From Planctomycetota bacterium (lineage in GTDB: Bacteria > Planctomycetota > MHYJ01 > WSZJ01): a stretch of DNA of 43,530 nt. The DNA is taken from contig JBBTCT010000040.1 in NCBI GenBank assembly GCA_038060895.1, positions 1-43,530 of the forward strand. The letters run 5' to 3'. Shown here in pieces: positions 15,027-23,804 of this stretch. Position 1 is the first letter of the stretch; every line of letters begins with the position of its first letter. A program made the translations under genes and the position numbers. Under the pieces are notes generated by a model that worked only from the letters and a program-made list of their open reading frames with translations, had not been told where the DNA came from and ran no database searches.

Positions 15027-16793
15027 TCATTTCACCGTCACGACAAAGTCCGCGTCGCCGTCCATGTCGCCGCCTCCGTCGCCGGCGTCTACCCGCACGA
15101 TGACGGCCTTTCCCCCCGTGCGCGCCGCAGCCCGTCCGGGGATCCCGAAACGGTACCCCGCGTGTCCCGAACCCGCGACGACGACCATGCGGTGGAGACG
15201 CCGCTCCTGCTGGAATCGGGCCGTTGAAGCGGCCATCACGCTGTCCCAGGTCGCCATCACCTGGTAGGTGCGCTCCAGTTGTTCCGCGGACGGCTTCTTG
15301 TCGCCGTGCATCGCGCCGATGCGCTCGAGCCAGTGGGCGCGGTGCTCCTGCGAGGCGAGGTCCACCGCTCCCAGCGAAGTTCTGTCCTCGTCGGAAAGAG
15401 ACTCCCAGCCTCCCTTGCCGATCTTGCGCGTCAGCGCTTTCGGCGCATTCAACGCCGCCAGTCCGATTCCGTTCCGGCGGCAGAACTCGACGATCGGCCG
15501 GTAGAGGCTCCATTCGAACCCCCAGCTGTTCGCCCAGTCCGTCTCCTTGAGGAACTCCTCCTCGGTCATCGAGCCCGCGATGTAGCGGTCGAGGATCTGC
15601 TGAAGCGGTGTCTGGAACATCTCCATGCCGACGCCGAGACTTTCATCGCTGGCGAACAGCGCCTTGATGACGCGCAGCTGCACCTCGTGGTGCGCTTCGC
15701 TGTCGTGCGTTTCACCGACGCAGATGATGTCGGCCGCGAGCAGCCGGTCGGTGAATTCGCCCCACGTGATCGTGCGCCCGTCCTTCACCGAGAGGACGCT
15801 GAGCTCCGGGCTCTCGCCGCGCGCCTGCCCCAGGAGGCGCGAGAACTCGAGGTCGTCGGGGCGATCGACGAGGTACGCGCGGTCCCCGCGCGTCGCGATC
15901 GCAAGCAGCGCGCCTCCGGCGCCGCGCCACTCCCGCAACCCCTTCTCTTCGTGGACGGTGACTAACCCGGGCTCCTTCGCGCACTTCAACCGCGCCAGCG
16001 CTTCCGCAAACTCTTCCGCGTCCGCCGCCGTCTCGAACGCGACCTCCCACAAGCGAGCCGCGCCTGAGACCGTCTCGCCGTCACCCTTCCATCCTGCCGC
16101 CGCCTTGACCGCATCGGCTGAGGAAGCGGGATCGGCCGCCAGCAAGCGGATGATCCCCAGCTCGCCGACGGACTTGCCGTTCCGGACGCGCACGGGATTG
16201 ACATGCCCCAGCGGGTGCAGGATCGCCGCCGTCGTGCGCGGCGGGTTCCGGTAGAGCGCATTGACCGCTTCCCAACCGCCTTTCTCCTTGAGCGCGCGCA
16301 CGAAGCGTGCGCCCTGCGCGTAGAGGAAGGCCGACTGGAGATTGCGAGATTTCTCCAGGGGCGACTCGAGCATGGCGCCCGCTTTCGGCTGCTCCGTTTT
16401 CAGGACCTCGATCATGGTGAAAGTCGCATCACCCTCGATCAGGGCTGCCAGGGCCAGCTCGCTTTCGCCCTCGAACGTCGCCTGGTGGAGTTTCGCGAGG
16501 CCGAAATGCTGATCCTGAAGCGCGTGGGCCATCTCGTGGATCAGGACGCCTTTTTCATAGGCGCCCGAGATATCCGAATAGAGGTAGAGCGTCTTGTCGT
16601 CGGTGCTGTAGTAGCCCTGGATGTGTTTCGTCGCGTCCGCCGGCCGATCGATCGTCTTCGCGCGGACCGGTTCTTTGAAGTCGAGGCCGCGTGCGGCGGC
16701 GATGTCCTTTTCGAGGGCGCGCAGGCGGTCTTCCTGGGCGGAAGCGGCGAGAGCCATGACCAGAAGCGCGGCGGCGGTGCGCAAGGCGTTCAT
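15027..16793 (-). CDS. Secreted fusion of a zincin-like metallopeptidase domain and a ChaN (EreA/ChaN/TIKI-like) domain
   Basis: Signal peptide; HEMAHALQDQHF...ALIEGDA, GWKGD; C-terminal VGETHD..HHEVQ..GMEMF..WDSVMA..GSGH. Confidence 0.75.
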   Translation of the reverse strand: MNALRTAAALLVMALAASAQEDRLRALEKDIAAARGLDFKEPVRAKTIDRPADATKHIQGYYSTDDKTLYLYSDISGAYEKGVLIHEMAHALQDQHFGLAKLHQATFEGESELALAALIEGDATFTMIEVLKTEQPKAGAMLESPLEKSRNLQSAFLYAQGARFVRALKEKGGWEAVNALYRNPPRTTAAILHPLGHVNPVRVRNGKSVGELGIIRLLAADPASSADAVKAAAGWKGDGETVSGAARLWEVAFETAADAEEFAEALARLKCAKEPGLVTVHEEKGLREWRGAGGALLAIATRGDRAYLVDRPDDLEFSRLLGQARGESPELSVLSVKDGRTITWGEFTDRLLAADIICVGETHDSEAHHEVQLRVIKALFASDESLGVGMEMFQTPLQQILDRYIAGSMTEEEFLKETDWANSWGFEWSLYRPIVEFCRRNGIGLAALNAPKALTRKIGKGGWESLSDEDRTSLGAVDLASQEHRAHWLERIGAMHGDKKPSAEQLERTYQVMATWDSVMAASTARFQQERRLHRMVVVAGSGHAGYRFGIPGRAAARTGGKAVIVRVDAGDGGGDMDGDADFVVTVK

Positions 16794-16807
16794 GAGGATC
16801 TCCGGGT

Positions 16808-17209
16808 TCAGCGTTTTTCGGGGTCGCCGGCGAGGCGTGTGAAGAGCTTCTCGCGCTGGGCGGGGGTGAGCAGGGGGCGGACGGCGATCAGGTGGTCGAC
16901 GACGTGACTCTGGATCCGGGCACGCGTTTCCGTGATGTCGGCCGCGAGCCTGTCAACGGCCGCGCGATCGCACGGCTCTTTCTGCAGTTCGGCGTAGAGC
17001 GCGCGCCGCTTTTCGCCGAGCGTCCGGCACTCAGGGCCGACGGCGGCGCTCAATTTCTTCATTTCCGGCTCGACCACCTGCGTCAGGCCGAGTTCGGCAT
17101 AGACCGCGTCGATGCCGTGTCTTTTCGTGCCTTGATCCGTGGGCACCGCGAACGCCGCGAGGCCGGCGCCGGCGAGGAAGACGCAGGCGTGCAGCATCCA
17201 GTTCTTCAT
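16808..17209 (-). CDS. Periplasmic Spy/CpxP/ZraP-like (heavy-metal sensor) protein
   Basis: Signal/TM segment; ELGLT...; HLIAVRPLLTPAQREKL (LTxxQ motif); overlaps the anti-sigma stop (ATGA). Confidence 0.75.
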   Translation of the reverse strand: MKNWMLHACVFLAGAGLAAFAVPTDQGTKRHGIDAVYAELGLTQVVEPEMKKLSAAVGPECRTLGEKRRALYAELQKEPCDRAAVDRLAADITETRARIQSHVVDHLIAVRPLLTPAQREKLFTRLAGDPEKR

Positions 17210-17595
17210 CGTTCATCTCCCGTAACGAAGTCGGCCAGGTCCCCGCCCCCGCCCAGCGCAGCCGGATCCACCGGGCGCGCGACCTGCGCGGGGCCCGGGC
17301 CAAGCGCCCGGACGGCTCCCAGACCCGTCAGCGACCCGAGCACGAAAATGAGGAATTCGGCCGCCACGAGCGCCCACCGGGACTTCCGGCGAGTGGACGG
17401 AAGCGCGGCGAAGACCTTTGCTTCGAAGGATCCGGAAAGCGGAGGCGCGGGCCACGCGGCCAGCCGGGCCGGAAGCGCCGCGAGGCCGGCGGCCCACGCG
17501 CGGCACTCGGAGCAAGCCTCAAGGTGCCCGGCGGCTTCGGGTGGCGTTCCCGCTTCGGCGGCGGACAGCGCTTCTCGTGCCTCGTTGCAGTTCAT
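17206..17595 (-). CDS. Zinc-finger (ZAS, zf-HC2) membrane anti-sigma factor
   Basis: MNC...HLEACSECR (HxxxCxxC), then one TM helix. Confidence 0.85.
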   Translation of the reverse strand: MNCNEAREALSAAEAGTPPEAAGHLEACSECRAWAAGLAALPARLAAWPAPPLSGSFEAKVFAALPSTRRKSRWALVAAEFLIFVLGSLTGLGAVRALGPGPAQVARPVDPAALGGGGDLADFVTGDER

Positions 17596-17645
17596 GCCCC
17601 GTTGAACCGGCTCCCCGGCCGCTACTTGCGAAAATTCCGGAGAAT

Positions 17646-18176
17646 CTAGGGTGGAGGCAGCAGATCGATCAGTTTCCTGCGCGCCCGGAACAGCAGCGCC
17701 TGCGCGGCGCTGAGCGACAGATCCAGTGCCTCGGCAACTTCGCGGTCCGTCCGTTCACCGAAGTACTTGAGCGCCACGGCCATACGCTGATCGTCCGGAA
17801 GCGACAGGACCGCCTGCCGCACTCCCTGGGCTTCGTCCTCCCCGATGCGGCCGTCCTCGGCCGCCGCGACATCCTGCTCCGGAAGCGTCCGCCGCCGCGC
17901 GAGCCTGGGGCGTTCGTTGAGGCACAGTCGCGAGGCGATCGTCGCGAGCCAGGTCGTGACCCGCGCCTTCGGCTGCCAGCGCTTCCGCGCCATCCACGCG
18001 CGCAGGTAGACCTCCTGGGCGAGGTCTTCCGTTTCGCGGGCATGCCCGAGAAACCGGTAGACGATGCCCGCGACGAGGGTCCGTGTTCCGGCAATCAGCT
18101 CCGCGAACGCGGCCGAATCGCCGTCCGCGACGCGGCGCATCAGGGGTGCAAACGGGTCGTCGGAGAATGAGGTCAT
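17646..18176 (-). CDS. ECF RNA polymerase sigma factor
   Basis: GDSAAFAEL, EDLAQEVYLRAW, TWLATIASR (region 2); LPDDQR..EVAEALDLS..LFRARRKL (region 4). Confidence 0.92.
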   Translation of the reverse strand: MTSFSDDPFAPLMRRVADGDSAAFAELIAGTRTLVAGIVYRFLGHARETEDLAQEVYLRAWMARKRWQPKARVTTWLATIASRLCLNERPRLARRRTLPEQDVAAAEDGRIGEDEAQGVRQAVLSLPDDQRMAVALKYFGERTDREVAEALDLSLSAAQALLFRARRKLIDLLPPP

Positions 18177-18312
18177 CGCAAAGGATACGGAGAACTTGCG
18201 TCGATGGAGGGATTACTTGAAGCGCCGCCCTGCGAAGCAGCGGGCCCGTGCTCCTCTGTCGCGCGGCGTGGTTCCACCGCTGGCTCGGCTGGAGGTAGAT
18301 CCGCGCCCCGCC

Positions 18313-18341
18313 TTGCCCCCCCCGGAGCGCGCCAGTAGACT
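18313..18341 (+). promoter_or_regulatory. Candidate sigma-70 promoter
   Basis: TTGCCC-17 nt-TAGACT, ending 10 nt before ATG 18352. Confidence 0.5.
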
Positions 18342-18351
18342 CCCGCCTCCC

Positions 18352-19260
18352 ATGGCGATCCCCAACCGGCTTGTCGAATGCGTCCCGAACTTCTCCGAGG
18401 GCCGACGGCCCGAGGTCGTGGAGAAGATCGTCGCTGCGATCGCGAGCGTTCCCGGCATCAAGGTGCTCGACGAGTCGATGGACATGGACCACAACCGGAG
18501 CGTGGTGACGTTCGTGGGGGAGCCGGAAGCGACGGTCGATGCGATGTTCCGGGGGATGCAGACCGCCGCGGACCTGATCGACATGGCGCAGCACCACGGG
18601 GCGCACCCGAGGATCGGTGCGACGGACGTCGTGCCGTTCGTGCCGCTGATCGGCGTGACGATGGAAGAGTGTGTCATCCTCGCGCGTCGGCTGGGCGAAA
18701 TGGCCGGGCGGCTGCTCGGCATCCCGATCTACCTGTACGCGGACGCCGCTTCGAAGCCCGAGCGCCGCATCCTGTCGGACGTACGCAAAGGCGAGTACGA
18801 AGGACTGAAGGAAGACCTCGGAAAGAAGCCGGAGCGCACGCCGGATTTCGGCCCGGACGCGTTCAACGCCAAGTCGGGGGCGACGGCGGTCGGGGCGCGC
18901 AAGCCGCTCATTGCGTACAACATCTACCTGAAGACGACGGACGTGAAGGTCGCCAAGGGGATTGCCAAGGCTGTGCGCGAGAAGGACGGCGGCCTGCCGA
19001 AGGTGCAGGCGCTGGGCCTGTGGATCCCCGAGCGCAGCATGGCACAAGTCTCCATGAACCTGCTCGACTACCGGACGACCGGTTTCAAGACCGTGTTCAA
19101 CGAAGTGACCCATCGCGCCGAAATGGCCGGCGTCAAGGTCGCGGAGAGCGAACTGATCGGCCTTGTGCCGCGCGACGCCTTCGCGGAGGTCTCACCCGAA
19201 CAGCTCCTCCTCGCCGGATTCACCAAGAACCAGATCATCGAGAATCGCTTAGAGGACTGA
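18352..19260 (+). CDS. ftcD: Glutamate formimidoyltransferase (stand-alone FT domain)
   Basis: ECVPNFSEGR, DHNRSVVT, HPRIGATDVVPFVP, GARKPLIAYN, QVSMNL, SELIGLVP. Confidence 0.93.
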   Translation: MAIPNRLVECVPNFSEGRRPEVVEKIVAAIASVPGIKVLDESMDMDHNRSVVTFVGEPEATVDAMFRGMQTAADLIDMAQHHGAHPRIGATDVVPFVPLIGVTMEECVILARRLGEMAGRLLGIPIYLYADAASKPERRILSDVRKGEYEGLKEDLGKKPERTPDFGPDAFNAKSGATAVGARKPLIAYNIYLKTTDVKVAKGIAKAVREKDGGLPKVQALGLWIPERSMAQVSMNLLDYRTTGFKTVFNEVTHRAEMAGVKVAESELIGLVPRDAFAEVSPEQLLLAGFTKNQIIENRLED

Positions 19261-19267
19261 TCGCTCC

Positions 19268-20305
19268 ATGGGGGTCGAGACTTTGACGGAACAGGAGTCC
19301 GCCGTCGCTCCCGAAGCGTCCCCCGGGACGATGTCCCCGCTCGGGGCGTTCTGCCGGCGGCACGATGTGCTGTTCTCGGAGGCGGTCTGGTTCTCGGCGC
19401 ACGTCCTGTTCGACCTGCTGATCGTGATCGCGTGGGTGGCCACGGGAATGCCGCAGGCGCCGAAGTTCCTTGCGATCAATTTCGGCACCCTGGCGGGCGT
19501 GCTTGCGCTGCGGCCGTTCCTTCGCCGCGCCGACCGCGGGCTGCTCTGGATCCTGCGGCACTGGTACCCGGTCACGTTCTACGGGGTCTTCTTTTTCGAA
19601 TGCGGCGCGCTCGTTCCGGCCCTCAATCCTCGCGTCTGGGACGCGGAACTGGCCCGTCTCGACCTCGCCATGTGGGGCGGCAACCCCGTTGACTTCTTCG
19701 CACGCCTTCACTTCCCCGCCCTCTCCGAGTTCCTGCAGTTCTGCTACGCGACCTATTACTTCCTTCCGCTCGTCGCCGGCGGCCAGATCATGGCCCGCCT
19801 CGGCACGAAGAAACTCTCGGACGCGATCGGGATCACCTCCGTGGCGTTCTACGGCTCCTACATCGGCTACTTCCTGATGCCCGCCGTCGGCCCACGCTTC
19901 TTCCCGCCCTTCCACGAAGGGCTCTACGGTCTGTTCACGTTCGACGCCATCCGGAGCTTCCTCGCCGAGTCCGAGGGCAAGATGCACGACTGCATGCCCA
20001 GCGGCCACACGGCGGTCACGCTCATCACCCTGTATTTCGCCTGGCGCGTCCACCGGCCCAGTTTCTGGCTGATCCTCCCGTTCGCCGCTGGCCTCGTGCT
20101 CTCAACCATGTACCTCCGCTACCACTACGTCATCGACGTCGTGGTCGCCATCCCCTTCACGCTCCTCTCCGTCTACCTGGGGCGTGTCTTGATTCGCGCC
20201 TGGGACCGCTTTACCGGCAACCCCGGAGCTTCGGAGCTGCTAGGCCCGAACGAGGGGCGGGCAGGCGGGCAGGCGGGCGAGAGGGCGAAAAACGACCCCC
20301 GCTAG
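19268..20305 (+). CDS. PAP2-superfamily integral membrane phosphatase/phosphotransferase (PAP2_3, Aur1/Ipt1-like)
   Basis: Multiple TM helices; PAVGPR, DCMPSGHTA, STMYLRYHYVID. Confidence 0.85.
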   Translation: MGVETLTEQESAVAPEASPGTMSPLGAFCRRHDVLFSEAVWFSAHVLFDLLIVIAWVATGMPQAPKFLAINFGTLAGVLALRPFLRRADRGLLWILRHWYPVTFYGVFFFECGALVPALNPRVWDAELARLDLAMWGGNPVDFFARLHFPALSEFLQFCYATYYFLPLVAGGQIMARLGTKKLSDAIGITSVAFYGSYIGYFLMPAVGPRFFPPFHEGLYGLFTFDAIRSFLAESEGKMHDCMPSGHTAVTLITLYFAWRVHRPSFWLILPFAAGLVLSTMYLRYHYVIDVVVAIPFTLLSVYLGRVLIRAWDRFTGNPGASELLGPNEGRAGGQAGERAKNDPR

Positions 20306-20347
20306 TTCGGTTTGCTGGTCGTCCTGCCCGCCCGCCCGCCTGCCCGC
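20257..20347. repeat. Inverted repeat built from 8-nt tandem units (REP-like)
   Basis: (gcgggcag)2-gcgggcga at 20257-20280 pairs with cctgcccgcccgcccgcctgcccgc at 20323-20347; inner acgacc/ggtcgt pair. Confidence 0.7.
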
Positions 20348-20430
20348 GCGCGCGAAGCGCGCCGCCCGCCTTGACGCGGGTGCCGGACAATCGCTCTAAT
20401 AGCGGGTCTGGCGCCTGCGAGAGGGACGCT

Positions 20431-22149
20431 TTGGCCAAGCTGATCGTCACGACAGGGCCCCTGGCCCCGCGCGAAATCGAGATCGGGAAAGACGTGTTCT
20501 CGATGGGACGCATGCCCGAGAACGACATCGAGCTCCGGGACTCCCTTGTCTCGCGGAAGCACTCCGAGCTCATTCGCCGGGCGAACAGGTTTACCCTCTA
20601 CGACCTGGGGTCGTCGAACGGGACCTACGTGAACAAAAAGCGCGTCGATGTCAAGGTGCTGGACGACGGCGACGAGGTCTCGGTCGGCGAGACGACGTTC
20701 ACGTTCAAGGACGAGAATTCGCCCGCGCGGCCGGCGGAATCCGCACCGGAGCCCGCCGAAAGCGAACTGATCGCAAGCCTTTACGGCAATCCGAACGAAA
20801 TCGTGAAGAAAGTCGCCGACTTGCCCGAGGAGTACCGCATCGACGTCAAGGAGTCGATCGCCCGCGGGTATTCGTTCAAGGACCTCAAGTCCGTTGCAGG
20901 CCAGCAGGCGCCCGCGGCAGCCGCGCCCGTAGCCGTGGCCCAGCCGGCCAAAAAAGACGACAAGAAGGGCGTTTCCGCCTCCAGCGTCTCACCCGACCAG
21001 GACGACCGGTTCAAGTTCCTGTATCACCTCGGGCGCGACCTGTCTTCCAAGGCGACCCTGAAAGAAGTTCTCCAGAGCGCTCTCGACACGATTTTCGCCG
21101 TCATCAACGCCGAGCGCGGCGTCATCCTCACGATCGACAAGGCCACCAACGAACTCGTCCCCCAGGTCGCCCGGCATCGCGCCCACGGCTCCATCTCGGT
21201 CCACGAGGTCGTCCCCAGCCGCACCATCACGTCGCGCGTCATCCAGGACAAGAACTTCATCATCACGAGCGACGCCAAGAACGACCAGCGCTTCCAGATG
21301 GGAATGTCCATCATCCAGTACAACATCCGAAGCGCCATGTGCGTGCCGCTCTGGGAAAAGGAAGAGGTCTTCGGCGTCATCTACCTCGACAACCAGATGA
21401 AGACCTACCCGTTCGAGGTCGCCGACCTGCACATCCTGGGCGCCATCGCCAACCAGGTGGCCATCCGTATCAAGCAGGAAGAGCTCTTCAACCGCCTCAA
21501 GCAGGAAGAAATCACCCGGTCGAACATGGAGCGCTTCTTCAGCCCCGACATCGCCGAGATTCTGATCAAGCGGGGGCAGGCGGGGCTTCAGCCCGAGGAA
21601 AAGGAAGCGACGATCGTCTTCTGCGACATTTCGGAGTTCACGAACATCTCCGAGAAGATGAAGCCGCCGCAGATCGCGGATCTCCTGAACGGCTATTTCG
21701 AGATGGCGAGCCGGATCATCCTGGACCACAAGGGGTCGGTGAACAAGTACATCGGCGACTCGATCATGAGCGTTTTCGGCGCGCCGGTGCACTACGAGGA
21801 CCACGCGATGAGGGCCGTCAAGGCGTCGCTGGCGATCCAGAGAGAGATTCACCGGCTGAACGAGAAGACGGATACCCGGCTGCGCTACCACGTGCACATC
21901 GGCGTAAATACGGGCGATGTCGTCGCCGGCAACATCGGGTCCCAGAAGCGCATCGAGTACACGGTTCTGGGGGACGCGGTGAACGTCGCGGCGCGCCTCG
22001 AAAAGCGGGCGGGGGCCGGCCAGATCGTAATTGGAGATCGCACGCACAATCTGGTCCGGGAACGGATAAACTGCCGTCCCCTTGGAGCCGAGCGCTTGAA
22101 GGGAAAGCAGAACGAGATACATCTGTTCGAAGTCACGGGTGAGAAGTAG
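20431..22149 (+). CDS. FHA-GAF-class III adenylate cyclase
   Basis: FHA GR..NDI..VSRKH..DLGSSNGT; GAF SAMCVPL..GVIYLD; cyclase FCDISEFT, KYIGDSIM, YTVLGDAVNVAARLE; TTG start after gagaggga. Confidence 0.92.
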   Translation: MAKLIVTTGPLAPREIEIGKDVFSMGRMPENDIELRDSLVSRKHSELIRRANRFTLYDLGSSNGTYVNKKRVDVKVLDDGDEVSVGETTFTFKDENSPARPAESAPEPAESELIASLYGNPNEIVKKVADLPEEYRIDVKESIARGYSFKDLKSVAGQQAPAAAAPVAVAQPAKKDDKKGVSASSVSPDQDDRFKFLYHLGRDLSSKATLKEVLQSALDTIFAVINAERGVILTIDKATNELVPQVARHRAHGSISVHEVVPSRTITSRVIQDKNFIITSDAKNDQRFQMGMSIIQYNIRSAMCVPLWEKEEVFGVIYLDNQMKTYPFEVADLHILGAIANQVAIRIKQEELFNRLKQEEITRSNMERFFSPDIAEILIKRGQAGLQPEEKEATIVFCDISEFTNISEKMKPPQIADLLNGYFEMASRIILDHKGSVNKYIGDSIMSVFGAPVHYEDHAMRAVKASLAIQREIHRLNEKTDTRLRYHVHIGVNTGDVVAGNIGSQKRIEYTVLGDAVNVAARLEKRAGAGQIVIGDRTHNLVRERINCRPLGAERLKGKQNEIHLFEVTGEK

Positions 22150-22224
22150 ATCTCAGACCGCGGAGAGCCGACCCGGGGGCGGAGCGAGGGAGATCCCGGG
22201 TCCAAGACAACGGGGGATTGCAAC

Positions 22225-22812
22225 ATGATGGTTGCGCTGGTCGCGCTGGCCGCCTTTGCGGGCGGGATCGTGTACTGCAGTTTCTTTGAGTGGACGCTCC
22301 ATAAATACCTCATGCACAAGCCTCTCCTGGGTTTCAAGTACGCATTCAAGGCCCACGCACAGACTCATCACCGGATTTTCGAGTATGACGAGACGTACTC
22401 GCTCCAGAGGGACGAGGACAAGACGCTCGTGGCCATGGCGTGGTGGAACGCGCCGGTCATCATCGCCGCCAACAGCCCCGTGTGGTTCGGGGCGGGGATG
22501 ATCGCGGGGCTGGGACATTTCACGGCAAATTTCTGGGTCGGCGCCGTCGGGGCCGCCTGCTCGATGGTCGTCTACTACGCCGTCTACGAGTCGCTTCACT
22601 GGTGCATGCACGTCCCAGGTCACCGCTGGTTCTCGAATTCGCGGTGGTTCAAGTTCCTGGACGACCATCACCGGATGCACCACAAGCGCCCGATGTCGAA
22701 CCTGAACGTCGTTTTCCCGCTCGCCGACTTCATCCTCCGCTCCAAGGCCCCGGGCCTTCCGCCGGTGTCGCGCATGGCCTCGGAAGCGCGTGAAGCGGCT
22801 GGCGTGAGGTAG
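22225..22812 (+). CDS. Fatty acid hydroxylase / sterol desaturase superfamily di-iron membrane enzyme
   Basis: His boxes EWTLHKYLMH, HAQTHH, YESLHWCMH, HHRMHH. Confidence 0.85.
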   Translation: MMVALVALAAFAGGIVYCSFFEWTLHKYLMHKPLLGFKYAFKAHAQTHHRIFEYDETYSLQRDEDKTLVAMAWWNAPVIIAANSPVWFGAGMIAGLGHFTANFWVGAVGAACSMVVYYAVYESLHWCMHVPGHRWFSNSRWFKFLDDHHRMHHKRPMSNLNVVFPLADFILRSKAPGLPPVSRMASEAREAAGVR

Positions 22813-22822
22813 CGCCTTCCGA

Positions 22823-22871
22823 ACCGAAGCTCCCGGCCGCGCGGCGGATTGCCGCCGGCCGGGGAGTTCGG
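22823..22871 (+). terminator. GC-rich hairpin after the hydroxylase gene
   Basis: ccgaagctcccggccg...cggccggggagttcgg; no clear U-tract. Confidence 0.4.
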
Positions 22872-22891
22872 GGTTGGTACGCTCATCCACG

Positions 22892-23785
22892 GTGGTCACC
22901 GACTCCGATCTGCTTTTCGTCGTCCTGGCCGCTCGCCTCGGCTTCACGCCCCCCGTGCCGGCCGAACAGGCCGCCGACCTGGAAGACCGGTTGGCGCCGG
23001 CGGCACGGATGGCCGTCCGCGCCGCGCTCGCCGCGCACCTCGCGATGCATGGAGGCAGTGCCGCGCGCGCGCTGGACTCGCTCCGGCCGACGGGGACCGC
23101 CGCCCGCGTGCCCTCGGGCGTCCGCCTCGCACCCATGGGCGCGGGACCGGCCGCGGGGATCGCTCGCCTCCTGGAAGCCTGGGACGCCCGTCTCGACCCG
23201 GATGAAGCCCCACGACTTCTCCTTAACGACCTCCCCCAGGAACTGGCGCTTCGCTTCATCCCTCGTCCCGGCGAAGCGGGAGTCGCGCCCTTCCTGAAGC
23301 GGTTCAAGGGCCGGGACCTGGGCTCCCTGCTCGGGGACATCGCGCGGGGAGACAAGGCGCTCGCGAAGCGATGGACGCTGGAGAAGCTGTTGCGGGTGTT
23401 TGAGACCCTTTGTCTCGGGCTTGCGTATGCCCATGCGAAGGGCGTCGTCCACCGCGATCTCAAACCCGCGCACATTCTCGTCGGTGACGACGGAGAGGTC
23501 CTTATTGCCGACTGGGGCGCGGCGCGGTCGTCGGGCGGCCCGGGTGAGGCAGAGGCCGGCGCGGACATGGATGCCCTCGGCGCCATTCTTCACAGCATTC
23601 TCACCCTGCGCTCACCGGCGGACGGTCCGCCCATCCCCGCGAACATCCAGGCCATTGCGGTCAAGGCGCTCGCCCCGCGCCGCGAACTCCGCTATGCCTC
23701 CGCGGAGGCGCTTCACCAGGAGCTCTGCGCCTGCCTGAACGAGATGCCGTCGCGCGGACGGAAGAAGCCCGGATCCACGGCGTAA
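22892..23785 (+). CDS. Degenerate Ser/Thr kinase (pseudokinase), paralogue of the downstream kinase
   Basis: HRDLKPAH and ADWG present; no Gly loop, VAxK or GTPxYMSPE segment; GTG start inferred. Confidence 0.65.
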   Translation: MVTDSDLLFVVLAARLGFTPPVPAEQAADLEDRLAPAARMAVRAALAAHLAMHGGSAARALDSLRPTGTAARVPSGVRLAPMGAGPAAGIARLLEAWDARLDPDEAPRLLLNDLPQELALRFIPRPGEAGVAPFLKRFKGRDLGSLLGDIARGDKALAKRWTLEKLLRVFETLCLGLAYAHAKGVVHRDLKPAHILVGDDGEVLIADWGAARSSGGPGEAEAGADMDALGAILHSILTLRSPADGPPIPANIQAIAVKALAPRRELRYASAEALHQELCACLNEMPSRGRKKPGSTA

Positions 23786-23804
23786 CTTCGATCGGGAGAG
23801 AGCG

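Noticed and set aside
17596-17645. ECF autoregulatory promoter (gcaagt-16-gttcaa) before the anti-sigma gene
   Set aside because: Plausible shape, but no second copy with matching spacing was found to define a consensus.
18064-18351. Long N-terminal extensions in the ORF track (also 5240, 13295, 20371, 31575, 34611 starts)
   Set aside because: Homology, signal peptides, RBS or -10 boxes point to later starts, and some extensions overlap neighbouring genes.
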